From Phycisphaerales bacterium (GTDB lineage: Bacteria; Planctomycetota; Phycisphaerae; Phycisphaerales; UBA1924): a DNA stretch of 64,000 bases. Shown here one piece after another: positions 8,394 through 16,679 of the stretch (positions are counted from its first letter, which is position 1; each line of letters opens with the position of its first letter). Location of the stretch: contig JBGAOG010000002.1 of assembly GCA_044221985.1 (NCBI GenBank), positions 7,073 to 71,072 on the forward strand, in the 5' to 3' direction. The notes under the pieces are model-generated. The model made no database searches. It worked only from the letters and a program-made list of their open reading frames with translations, and had not been told where the DNA came from. Made by a program: the position numbers and the translations under genes.

Positions 8394-9068
8394 CTACCAC
8401 TCGTAGCCCATGTCTTCGGCGAGGCGGAACAGAGCGGCCATCGTGATCGCGTTGAGCAGTGAGTTGCTCGCCGCAGCGTCGTGTCCCTTCTCCACCGCGA
8501 CAGCGTGATGACGCAAGAAGAACTCCACGATCGGCAGAGTGCGCGCCGCGTCCTCCAGCGTCGCCATGCGCTCTGCATGGGAACCGGCAAGCATGGACTC
8601 CAAGTGGCGGTAGTAGGCTTGGGGATCGAGCGACTGCAAGAAGTCTCGCAGTTCCAGGGTGGGCCGTTCCCTGCAATGGCCGGAAAGCCACAGAGCGAAA
8701 CCGGCCTTGTCGAGGCGGCCTTCCGTGAGATCGAGGACACGATCCGCCGCGTCCTCGCGCTCGGATGCCAGATTCCAACCGTTCATCCTCAGGAACGCGA
8801 CGCAGCAGGCCAACGCCGCCCGCTTGTTCCCGTCCACGAACGGATGGTTCTTGGCGACGTGGAAGGCATACGCCGCGGCCATTTCGAACGGGAACGCGTG
8901 GGCAAACTCGCCGCCGAAGCCCTGTTGAGCCATTGCAATGGCGGACTCGAGCAGCCCGCGATCGCGGAGCCCCGGCGCACCTCCGAATCGTGCGATCGCC
9001 AGCTCTTGATACGCAAGGGCTTCATCGATCGTGACGAATCGCGGGCGCCCGATGCTCCGGCGAGTCAT
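8394..9068 (-). CDS. doc: Fic/Doc family toxin (death-on-curing) with extended C-terminal domain
   Basis: Has the Doc core motif HPFVDGNKRAA. The start at 9068 overlaps the antitoxin stop by 4 nt. It is 224 aa, against about 125-135 aa for a canonical Doc. Confidence 0.8.
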   Translation of the reverse strand: MTRRSIGRPRFVTIDEALAYQELAIARFGGAPGLRDRGLLESAIAMAQQGFGGEFAHAFPFEMAAAYAFHVAKNHPFVDGNKRAALACCVAFLRMNGWNLASEREDAADRVLDLTEGRLDKAGFALWLSGHCRERPTLELRDFLQSLDPQAYYRHLESMLAGSHAERMATLEDAARTLPIVEFFLRHHAVAVEKGHDAAASNSLLNAITMAALFRLAEDMGYEW

Positions 9069-9271
9069 TGGGACAGCTTTCGAAGCGACTCGGAGTGCTT
9101 CGAGAAGAGGAAGCGAGCGGCGTCCTGCGCCTTGGCGTCCAGACGTCCATTGCGGCATTGCTCAAGAAACACGAGGTACGCGGCCAGGTCCAGATTCATG
9201 GCCTTGGCGTCCTTCGACAGGCGGTCGACGAGGTCTGTGGGCAAGCTGACTTGGGTAACTGGCGCGACCAT
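9065..9271 (-). CDS. ribbon-helix-helix type antitoxin (putative)
   Basis: 68 aa. The N-terminus is a beta-strand followed by helices (VSLPTDLVDRLSKDAKAMNLDLAAYLVFLEQ). It lies immediately upstream of, and overlaps, the Doc gene. Confidence 0.65.
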   Translation of the reverse strand: MVAPVTQVSLPTDLVDRLSKDAKAMNLDLAAYLVFLEQCRNGRLDAKAQDAARFLFSKHSESLRKLSQ

Positions 9272-9321
9272 GGATGATTATATCGGCGATTCGCGAGCGT
9301 GCGTCGAGAACGAGCCGGGCC

Positions 9322-10896
9322 TCACTCCCACTCGATCGTCGCCGGGGGCTTGCTGCTGATGTCGTACACCACGCGGTTCACGCCCCGCACCTCGTTGATG
9401 ATCCGGTTGCTGATCGACGCCAGAAGGTCGTAGGGCAGGCGGCTCCAGTCGGCGGTCATGAAGTCCTGGCTGTCCACCGAGCGGATCGCCACGGTGCTCT
9501 CGTAGGTCCGCCCGTCGCCCATCACGCCCACGCTCTGCACCGGCAGCAGCACCGCGAAGACCTGGCTGGTCTTGCGGTACAGCCCCGCCGCCGTGATCTC
9601 CTCCAGCAGGATCTCGTCGCAATCCCGCAGGAGGTCCAGCTTGGCCCTGGTCACGTCGCCCAGCACGCGCACCGCCAGCCCCGGGCCCGGGAAGGGGTGG
9701 CGCCACACCATGTGCGCCGGCAGGCCCAGCACCTCGCCCAGCTTGCGCACCTCGTCCTTGAACAGCTCGCGCAGGGGCTCGACCAGCTCGAAGCCAAGGT
9801 CCGCGGGCAGCCCGCCCACGTTGTGGTGGAGCTTGATGCCCGCGCTCGTGCCCGCGTGCCCGTGCCCGGACTCGATGACGTCGGGGTAGAGCGTGCCTTG
9901 GGCGAGGAACCTAGCCCCCGCGATCCCACGGGCCGCGACCTTGAACACGTCGATGAACCGCTTGCCGATGCGTTTGCGCTTGTCCTGCGGGTCGGAGACG
10001 CCCGCGAGGTCGCCCAGGAACTCCAGCTCCGCGTCCGCCACGCGCAGGTCCATGTGGAAGTGATCGCGGAAGGTGGACACGACCAGCTCGCGCTCGTTCT
10101 TGCGCAGCAGGCCCGTGTCCACGAAGACGCAGTGGAGCTGGGGGCCAATGGCCTTGTGGATCAGGGCCGCGGCCACCGCGGAATCCACCCCGCCCGAGAG
10201 CCCGCAGATCACTCCCGAGCCGCCCACTTGCGCGCGGATGCGCTGGGCCGCGGCGTCGGCAAAGTCGCTCATGCGCCACGTCGCCTCGCAGCGGCAGACG
10301 TTGAGCAGGAAATTCCGGATCAGGTCGCTGCCGTGGGGCGTGTGCGTGACCTCGGGGTGGAACTGCACGCCGTAGAACACGCGGGGCACGCCGCCCGGAC
10401 CGGCGCCGCGGAGGCGCACGGCGGCGTGGGGGCAGGTGGGCGTGGAGGCGATGGTGGTCCAGGTTCCCGCGTCGAGCGCGCCGACCTGGTCGCCGTGGGA
10501 CATCCAGACCGTGGTCTTCTCCGGGATGGCGGCGAAAAGGTCGGCACGATCGGCGATGTGCAGGTTGGCTCGCCCGAACTCGCGGTGCTCGCCAGGGGTG
10601 ACGGTTCCGCCCAGGAGCTTGGCGGCCAGCTGCATGCCGTAGCAGATGCCCAGCACCGGCACGCCCAGGTCGAAGATCCCCGGGTCGCACGCGGGGGCGT
10701 CCGTCTCGTAGACGCTGGCGGGCCCTCCGGAGAGGATGATGCCCTTGGGCTTCATCGCGGCCAGCTCCCGGGGCGTGATCCTGGGGCTCACGAGCAGGGA
10801 GAACACCCCGGCCTCGCGCACGCGCCGGGCGATGAGCTGGGCCGTCTGGGACCCGAAATCGAGAATCGGAACCACCTCGTGGTGGGGGATGATCAT
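9322..10896 (-). CDS. guaA: GMP synthase (glutamine-hydrolysing)
   Basis: 524 aa. GATase domain ([26 protein letters not shown]), ATP-PPase motif ([10 protein letters not shown]) and C-terminus PPATIEWE. Confidence 0.97.
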   Translation of the reverse strand: MIIPHHEVVPILDFGSQTAQLIARRVREAGVFSLLVSPRITPRELAAMKPKGIILSGGPASVYETDAPACDPGIFDLGVPVLGICYGMQLAAKLLGGTVTPGEHREFGRANLHIADRADLFAAIPEKTTVWMSHGDQVGALDAGTWTTIASTPTCPHAAVRLRGAGPGGVPRVFYGVQFHPEVTHTPHGSDLIRNFLLNVCRCEATWRMSDFADAAAQRIRAQVGGSGVICGLSGGVDSAVAAALIHKAIGPQLHCVFVDTGLLRKNERELVVSTFRDHFHMDLRVADAELEFLGDLAGVSDPQDKRKRIGKRFIDVFKVAARGIAGARFLAQGTLYPDVIESGHGHAGTSAGIKLHHNVGGLPADLGFELVEPLRELFKDEVRKLGEVLGLPAHMVWRHPFPGPGLAVRVLGDVTRAKLDLLRDCDEILLEEITAAGLYRKTSQVFAVLLPVQSVGVMGDGRTYESTVAIRSVDSQDFMTADWSRLPYDLLASISNRIINEVRGVNRVVYDISSKPPATIEWE

Positions 10897-11002
10897 GGTC
10901 GCCTCGTCGGAAAGGGGAAGGGGAAGGCTAGCGTGCTCGCGACGACGGGGTATCCGCTCCGGGCACGAATGATCCCGGAGAACCTCGCCGATAGGATGGG
11001 AT

Positions 11003-11350
11003 GTGAGGGCGCTCTACGCGTGCATCCTGGGGCTGGTGGTGGGAGCGTGCCGGGCTCGGGTGGCCGAGGATTTCAACTCTCCCGAACCCGCGGCCCGGAA
11101 CGCGGCGATCGTCCGGGCGGCGGCCGAAAGGGACGCGCGGGCCATCCCGGACCTGATCCGGATGCTCGATAGCGACGACTCGGCGACGCGGTTGCTGACG
11201 ATCGGGGCCCTGGAGCGGGTGACCGGCCAGACCCTCGGATACGATCCCAGCGACACCGAGCCCCGGCGGCGCGAGGCGGTGCGTGCCTGGCAGGCCTGGC
11301 AGCAGGCCCGCGCACAGGGGGGGGCCGAGCGTGGGCCGGGCCCCAGGTGA
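11003..11350 (+). CDS. small HEAT-repeat lipoprotein (hypothetical)
   Basis: GTG start. Lipobox-like LVVGAC and a HEAT-like segment [27 protein letters not shown]. It lies 13 nt upstream of the RsbW-like gene. Confidence 0.5.
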   Translation: MRALYACILGLVVGACRARVAEDFNSPEPAARNAAIVRAAAERDARAIPDLIRMLDSDDSATRLLTIGALERVTGQTLGYDPSDTEPRRREAVRAWQAWQQARAQGGAERGPGPR

Positions 11351-11363
11351 GCCGATCCATCCC

Positions 11364-11846
11364 ATGAATGCCCACCCCAACATCCGCCTGGAACTCACCA
11401 GCAACCCGCTGTACCTCAGCGGCGTGCGGGAGTTCATCGCGGGCGTGGCCAAGCGGCTGGGGTTCACGGAGATGCACTGCTCGCAGATCGCCCTGGCGGT
11501 GGACGAGGCCATCTGCAACGTGATCCGGCACGGGTACGACTCGGACGTGGATCGCCCGATCTGGGTGATGCTGACGCACGCCGGGGACGGGCCCTCGGGG
11601 CTGCGACTCGAGATCGTGATCGAGGACGAGGCTCGCCAGGTGGAGCCCTGCGACATCAAGGGGAGGGCGCTCGACGACATCCGCCCCGGCGGGTTGGGCG
11701 TGCACATCATCCGGGAGGTGATGGACCAGGCCGTGTACGAGAAGCGCCACGGCGCAGGGATGCGCCTGACCCTGGTGAAGGTGCAGGCACCCACGGCTGT
11801 GCCTGCGGCCAACTCCGGCTGCGGAAAGGGGCGGGCCCATGGCTGA
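11364..11846 (+). CDS. anti-sigma factor / partner-switching serine kinase (RsbW/SpoIIAB-like, HATPase_c)
   Basis: Contains LAVDEAICNVIRHGY (N-box) and DDIRPGGLGVHIIREVMD (G-box). Trimmed from track ORF 11283.. to the ATG at 11364. Confidence 0.8.
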   Translation: MNAHPNIRLELTSNPLYLSGVREFIAGVAKRLGFTEMHCSQIALAVDEAICNVIRHGYDSDVDRPIWVMLTHAGDGPSGLRLEIVIEDEARQVEPCDIKGRALDDIRPGGLGVHIIREVMDQAVYEKRHGAGMRLTLVKVQAPTAVPAANSGCGKGRAHG

Positions 11847-12186
11847 CTCGTTGAAGATCGACGTGAGCGAGGACAGCCTGTCCGTGGTCCTGTCCCCGCG
11901 CGGCGAGATCGGATACCAGGAAGCGCCCTCGCTGCGCACGCACCTGCGCCAGGCGTTTGAGCGCAAGCCCGGGCGGGTCGTGGCGGACCTCTCGGGCGTG
12001 TCGTACATGAGCACGCCGGGGCTCGCGACGCTCGTCGAAGCACTCCAGCTCTCCAAGCGCCAGAGCACCCCGTTCTACCTGTGCGGGCTGACCGACCGCG
12101 TGCGCGCGATCTTCGAGATCGCCAAGCTCCAGACCGTGTTCACGATCGTGGGGGATCTGGCCGCGGCGCGAGGCCGCGGGGGCTGA
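11839..12186 (+). CDS. STAS-domain anti-sigma factor antagonist (RsbV/SpoIIAA-like)
   Basis: 115 aa. Contains VVADLSGVSYMSTPGLATLVEAL with the conserved phosphorylatable Ser context. Overlaps the kinase gene by 8 nt. Confidence 0.85.
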   Translation: MADSLKIDVSEDSLSVVLSPRGEIGYQEAPSLRTHLRQAFERKPGRVVADLSGVSYMSTPGLATLVEALQLSKRQSTPFYLCGLTDRVRAIFEIAKLQTVFTIVGDLAAARGRGG

Positions 12187-12368
12187 CCCGCGCCCGTTCG
12201 CCAGAACGAGGTTCTGGGTCCAAGACGTTCGCATGGCGTTCGGATCGTGGATTATCCATGACAATCTGCGTGTTTCTCCTTGCGTATTCGCCGAAGTTGA
12301 GACAAGATATGACTATCTGAATACGGTGCAAGCGGTGCGAAGGCGTGGCGGCACCGCAGGAGTTCCGC

Positions 12369-14225
12369 ATGCAGCAGGACAGACTCATCAGGCGTCGTCG
12401 GCGCTGGGTATTCATGGCCTGCGCGGGGGCGGTGGCCCTGGGAGGGATCGTCGGCGCCGCAATCCTCGACCTCACGCCGGAGGATTTCCTTCTCTCCGGA
12501 ACGCCCATGGGCGGGGTCGCGCCCGCGACCTTGCGTCCATCGGACGAGTGCCGGATGTGCCACGGCGACTACGACGTCCCGGCCGAGCCCTACGGCACGT
12601 GGGCCGGAAGCCTCATGGCCAACGCGGGGCGTGATCCGCTGTTCTACGCGCAGATGACGACGGCCAACCAGGACGTGGCCAACGCGGGCACGTTCTGCAT
12701 GCGTTGCCACGTACCCCTGGCCTGGGTTTCCGGGCACGCGGGCGTGCCCGATGGCAGCGCGCTCGACGCGCGTGATCGCCAGGGCATCGACTGCCACTTC
12801 TGCCACGCGATGGTGGATCCGATCTATCGCGCGGGGGTGAGCCCGCCGGAGGATCAGGGCGTGCTGGCCGGACTCCAGCGCGTTCCCCAGCACTACGGGA
12901 ACTCGATGTTCGTCCTCGATCCCAGCGGGCTGCGGCGCGGGCCCTACGCCGACGCCGCCGCGCCCCACCCCACGACCTTCGCGCCGTTCCAGTCCAGCTC
13001 GAACATGTGCGGGACGTGCCACGAGGTGGGCAACGTCGCGGTGAGCAAGCGCCCCGACGGCACGTATCGCTACAACCCCATCGGGCAGCCCACGCCCAGC
13101 GAGAATCCCGAGCACCAGTTCCCCCTCGAGCGCACGTTCACGGAGTGGCGACTGAGCGCGTTCGCGGGCGGCGGAGTGGACATGGGCGGTCGATTTGGCG
13201 AGGCCAAGGGCCCCGTGGTCAGCAGTTGTCAGGACTGCCACATGCCCGCGGTGGCCGACGGCCTGGCCTGTTTCTACGGGCCTCCGCGGACCAAGATGCC
13301 CAAGCACGAGTTCGCCGGTGCCGCAGCGCAGGTACTCGACCTGATCGCGTACGCGTATCGGGACGATCCCGACGTGGATCTGGCGGCGATCTCGCGCTCG
13401 CGGAGCAAGGCCGTGGACATGCTCCAGCGGGCCGCCACGCTGGATCTCACGCAGTCGGGTTCGACGCTGAACGTCCGGGTCATCAACGAGACGGGGCACA
13501 AGCTTCCCACGGGGCACATCGAGGGGCGTCGGGTGTGGATCAACGTCCGCTTCACCGACGCGGCGGGCAACGTTCTCAAGGAGTACGGGCGGTACGACGA
13601 CCAGCATGCCGAGCTCGAGGAGTGGTCCACCCGTGTCTACGAGATGCACGTGGGGCTGAGCCAGGACGCGGCGACGCTGACGGGCCTGCGGGCGGGCCCC
13701 AGCGCGCGCATGTCCCTGGCCGACACGATCTACAAGGACAACCGCATCCCGCCCCGCGGCTTCAACAACGCCGCCTTTGCCGCCGCGGGGGCGCCGGTGG
13801 TCGAGCACGAGTACGCCGACGGGCAGTACTGGGACGACGCGCCGTTCCGCATCCCCGCCAACGCGCATCGCGCCAATGTGATGCTGTACTACCAGAACAC
13901 TCCGCGACACTACATCGAGACACTCCGTGACAACAACCACACCAACACCTGGGGCCAGGAGCTCTACGACGCCTGGAACGCTACCGGGAAGGGCGCGCCC
14001 ATTGCCATGGCCTTCACCTATCTCCACCTCCAACCGACTTGCCCGGGCGACCTCGACGACGACGGGGGCGTCGACACCGACGACCTGCTCCTCTTCCTCG
14101 AGCGGTTCGAGGCCGGAGTACTGGGGGCCGATCTCGACGACGGCCTGGGCGCCGGCATCCCCGACGGGGCCGTCGACATCAGCGATCTGCTCTACTTCGT
14201 CGCGCGGTTCGAGGGTGGTTGCTGA
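12369..14225 (+). CDS. pentahaem c-type cytochrome with C-terminal GC-terminated dockerin-like domain
   Basis: Five CXXCH motifs (CRMCH, CMRCH, CHFCH, CGTCH, CQDCH) and the motif HKLPTGHIEGRRVWINV. N-terminal Arg-rich signal/TM segment. The C-terminus is CPGDLDDDGGVDTDDLLLFLERFEAG...ISDLLYFVARFEGGC. An alternative GTG start lies at 12345. Confidence 0.85.
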   Translation: MQQDRLIRRRRRWVFMACAGAVALGGIVGAAILDLTPEDFLLSGTPMGGVAPATLRPSDECRMCHGDYDVPAEPYGTWAGSLMANAGRDPLFYAQMTTANQDVANAGTFCMRCHVPLAWVSGHAGVPDGSALDARDRQGIDCHFCHAMVDPIYRAGVSPPEDQGVLAGLQRVPQHYGNSMFVLDPSGLRRGPYADAAAPHPTTFAPFQSSSNMCGTCHEVGNVAVSKRPDGTYRYNPIGQPTPSENPEHQFPLERTFTEWRLSAFAGGGVDMGGRFGEAKGPVVSSCQDCHMPAVADGLACFYGPPRTKMPKHEFAGAAAQVLDLIAYAYRDDPDVDLAAISRSRSKAVDMLQRAATLDLTQSGSTLNVRVINETGHKLPTGHIEGRRVWINVRFTDAAGNVLKEYGRYDDQHAELEEWSTRVYEMHVGLSQDAATLTGLRAGPSARMSLADTIYKDNRIPPRGFNNAAFAAAGAPVVEHEYADGQYWDDAPFRIPANAHRANVMLYYQNTPRHYIETLRDNNHTNTWGQELYDAWNATGKGAPIAMAFTYLHLQPTCPGDLDDDGGVDTDDLLLFLERFEAGVLGADLDDGLGAGIPDGAVDISDLLYFVARFEGGC

Positions 14226-14267
14226 CGGACCCGGTGGGTGGCTCCGCATGATCTGCGCGGAGGGTCT

Positions 14268-16007
14268 TCATTTCACGACGGCGTCGCGGATCTCGCACTC
14301 GATCCTCCCCGAGAAGTCGCTGATCTTGGGCGTCACGATGGCCTCGATGCTCGCCCCCTCGGGGACCACGCGCAGGTGCTCGCTCCAGTTCCACGCGTAC
14401 AGGCGCATCGCCGTCCCACCCGAGTCGCGGGCCGAGAGGGAAAGGTGCTTGTTCTGGGTCCCGAACGTCGTGGGGCGACCGGTGATCTTGAGCGGACCCA
14501 CGCGGAGCGCCACCGACGGGTTCTCGCGTCCGAACGGCGCCAGGTGGCGAAGCTGCGCCACGCTTTGCATCGAGAGCTCCGACAGGTCTGCCGCGGTGTC
14601 GTAGCAAACGCTGTTCACGAGGTCCTCGGGCCCGAGCCCGGCGCTGCAGGCTTCCAGGAACGCCTCGGTGAAGGCCGGCAGGCCGCTGGACGCGACCTTC
14701 AGCCCCGCGGCCATGTCGTGTCCGCCGAAGTGGGCCAGGTGTGTTGAACACCTGGCCAGCGCGCCGTACAGCGAGAACCCGTCCACCGAGCGCCCCGAGC
14801 CGTGGCAATACTCCCCGTGGTCCTGCATCAGGATCGTGGGGCGGGCGTACTTCTCGACGAGCTTGGAGCAGACGATCCCGACGATCCCCTGGTGCCAGTC
14901 CTTGTGCGCCAGCACGATGCCCCGCTTATCCGGGCCCGTCATGCCGTGCATCTCCGCCAGCTCGCAGGCGATCTCGACGATGTCGGCCTGTTCGGCCCGA
15001 CGCCGCTCGTTGAGGCGTGTGAGTTCCTCGGCGATCGCGACCGCGCGTCCGCCCGAGGCCGTCGTGAGCAGCTCTACCGCCTCGCGGGCGTGCCCGAGGC
15101 GCCCAATGGCGTTGAGGCGGGGGGCGAGCTTGAAGCCGACGTCCTCTTCCTGGATCCTGCTCCGCCCCCCGGAGCCAAGGCCGGACGCCTCGATCAGGGC
15201 GTTGAGCCCTTCGAACCGCGTGTGCCGCATCTTGGCCAGCCCGGCACGGGCGATGGCGCGGTTCTCGCCCCGCAGCGGCACCACGTCCGCGATCACGCCC
15301 AGGGCCGCCAGGGCGAGCAAATCGAGCAGCAGCCCGCGCATCGCGTCGCCCACGCGCTCGCTGCCCGCCGCCATCGTCGCCAGTCGCCAGGCCAGCTTGA
15401 ATGCCACCCCCGAGCCCGAGAGGTTCGGATCGGGGTAGGGCGTGGCGCCGGGTCGCAGCGGGTGCACGACCGCGAAGGCCTCGGGCAGGTCTTCGACCCG
15501 CGCGGGCGGCGTGTGGTGGTCGGTGATGATGAGCGTGGCGCCCGCGTCGCGCGCCGCCAGCGCCGGAAGCACCGCCGTCACTCCGCAATCCACCGACACG
15601 ATGACGCTCGCCCCCTCGCCGGCCAGGTTCTGGATCGCCTTGGCGTTGATCCCGTACCCCTCCTCGAGCCGGTGCGGGACGTAGGTCCTCACGCGTGCCC
15701 GCCCGGGGGCGATGGCGGCGAGCGTGTGGTACAGGATGGCCGACGCCGTGATCCCGTCCACGTCGTAGTCGCCGTAGATCACGATCTGCTCTTGAGCGGC
15801 CAGGGCGTCGAGCAGCCGGCGGGCGGCCTGGTCCAGGTCCGGCATCAGGGAGGGGTCGTGGAGGTGGGTGAGGGCGGGCTCCAGGAACCGGGCAGCGGAC
15901 TCCCCCACGAGCCCGCGGGCCCTCAGAATCCGGGCGACCAAGGGCTCGGCCAAGGGCGAGTCCGAGGTAGCATGGAGGGGTCGCCAGAGTTTGGTCAGGC
16001 CGCGCAT
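14268..16007 (-). CDS. recJ: single-stranded-DNA-specific exonuclease RecJ
   Basis: 579 aa from MRGLTKLW. DHH motifs (IYGDYDVDGITA, DCG, ITDHH) and DHHA1 (GGHDMAAG). The 1269-aa track ORF is trimmed because its N-terminal 690 aa are antisense to real genes. Confidence 0.93.
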   Translation of the reverse strand: MRGLTKLWRPLHATSDSPLAEPLVARILRARGLVGESAARFLEPALTHLHDPSLMPDLDQAARRLLDALAAQEQIVIYGDYDVDGITASAILYHTLAAIAPGRARVRTYVPHRLEEGYGINAKAIQNLAGEGASVIVSVDCGVTAVLPALAARDAGATLIITDHHTPPARVEDLPEAFAVVHPLRPGATPYPDPNLSGSGVAFKLAWRLATMAAGSERVGDAMRGLLLDLLALAALGVIADVVPLRGENRAIARAGLAKMRHTRFEGLNALIEASGLGSGGRSRIQEEDVGFKLAPRLNAIGRLGHAREAVELLTTASGGRAVAIAEELTRLNERRRAEQADIVEIACELAEMHGMTGPDKRGIVLAHKDWHQGIVGIVCSKLVEKYARPTILMQDHGEYCHGSGRSVDGFSLYGALARCSTHLAHFGGHDMAAGLKVASSGLPAFTEAFLEACSAGLGPEDLVNSVCYDTAADLSELSMQSVAQLRHLAPFGRENPSVALRVGPLKITGRPTTFGTQNKHLSLSARDSGGTAMRLYAWNWSEHLRVVPEGASIEAIVTPKISDFSGRIECEIRDAVVK

Positions 16008-16073
16008 GGACGCCTCGCCGCAGGTATGGTGTAGCCTACGCGGGCGACCCGTGGGGCGTGGTAGGGGGTTGGA

Positions 16074-16664
16074 ATGGTCCGGCTGACGAAGATCTACACG
16101 AAGACGGGCGACGACGGGACGACCGGGTTGGCCGGGGGGCGGCGGGTCCGCAAGGACGACCCGCGGGTGGAGTGCTACGGGACCGTCGACGAGGCCAACG
16201 CGTGCCTTGGGCAGGCCGAAGCGCTGTGTACCGCGGGGCAGGACAGGGGCATCGGGGAGGTCCTGCGTTCCCTGCAGCACGACCTGTTCGACCTCGGGGC
16301 CGACCTGGCCACGCCGATCTTGGGCGCCGAGAAGCCCGGGCAGAGCCTGCGCATGGTCCCGGACCAGACGACCCGCCTGGAACAGGTGCTGGATCGGTTC
16401 AACGACCAACTCTCGCCCCTGACCAGCTTCGTTCTCCCGGGGGGGACGCGCTTGGCCGCCAGCCTGCACGTGGCCCGGACGGTGGTCCGGCGTGCGGAGC
16501 GGCTGGCGGTGCAATTGCGGGCGGAGAATCCCCAGGAAACAGGGAGCGAGCCGGTTCGGTATCTGAACCGGCTCAGCGACCTGCTCTTCGTGCTGGCGCG
16601 GGTGGCCAACGACAACGGGGCCACGGATGTCCTGTGGGTTCCCGGTGCCAATCGGGCGAGGTAG
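16074..16664 (+). CDS. ATP:cob(I)alamin adenosyltransferase, PduO-type
   Basis: Begins MVRLTKIYTKTGDDGTTGL...YGTVDEANA, the characteristic PduO/MMAB N-terminus. Confidence 0.9.
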   Translation: MVRLTKIYTKTGDDGTTGLAGGRRVRKDDPRVECYGTVDEANACLGQAEALCTAGQDRGIGEVLRSLQHDLFDLGADLATPILGAEKPGQSLRMVPDQTTRLEQVLDRFNDQLSPLTSFVLPGGTRLAASLHVARTVVRRAERLAVQLRAENPQETGSEPVRYLNRLSDLLFVLARVANDNGATDVLWVPGANRAR

Positions 16665-16679
16665 CTGCGGAGGGCGAGC

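Noticed and set aside
7757-9271. GNAT acetyltransferase as a TacT/AtaT-type toxin paired with the RHH protein
   Set aside because: The GNAT is RimJ/RimL-like (188 aa, ribosomal-protein acetyltransferase motifs). It is separated from the RHH gene by the Doc gene. The RHH ORF overlaps Doc, not the GNAT.
12252-14249. 665-aa ORF on the minus strand
   Set aside because: It is exactly antisense to the pentahaem cytochrome gene. Its composition is Arg/Gly/Pro/Val-rich with no motifs. It is a typical shadow ORF of a high-GC genome.
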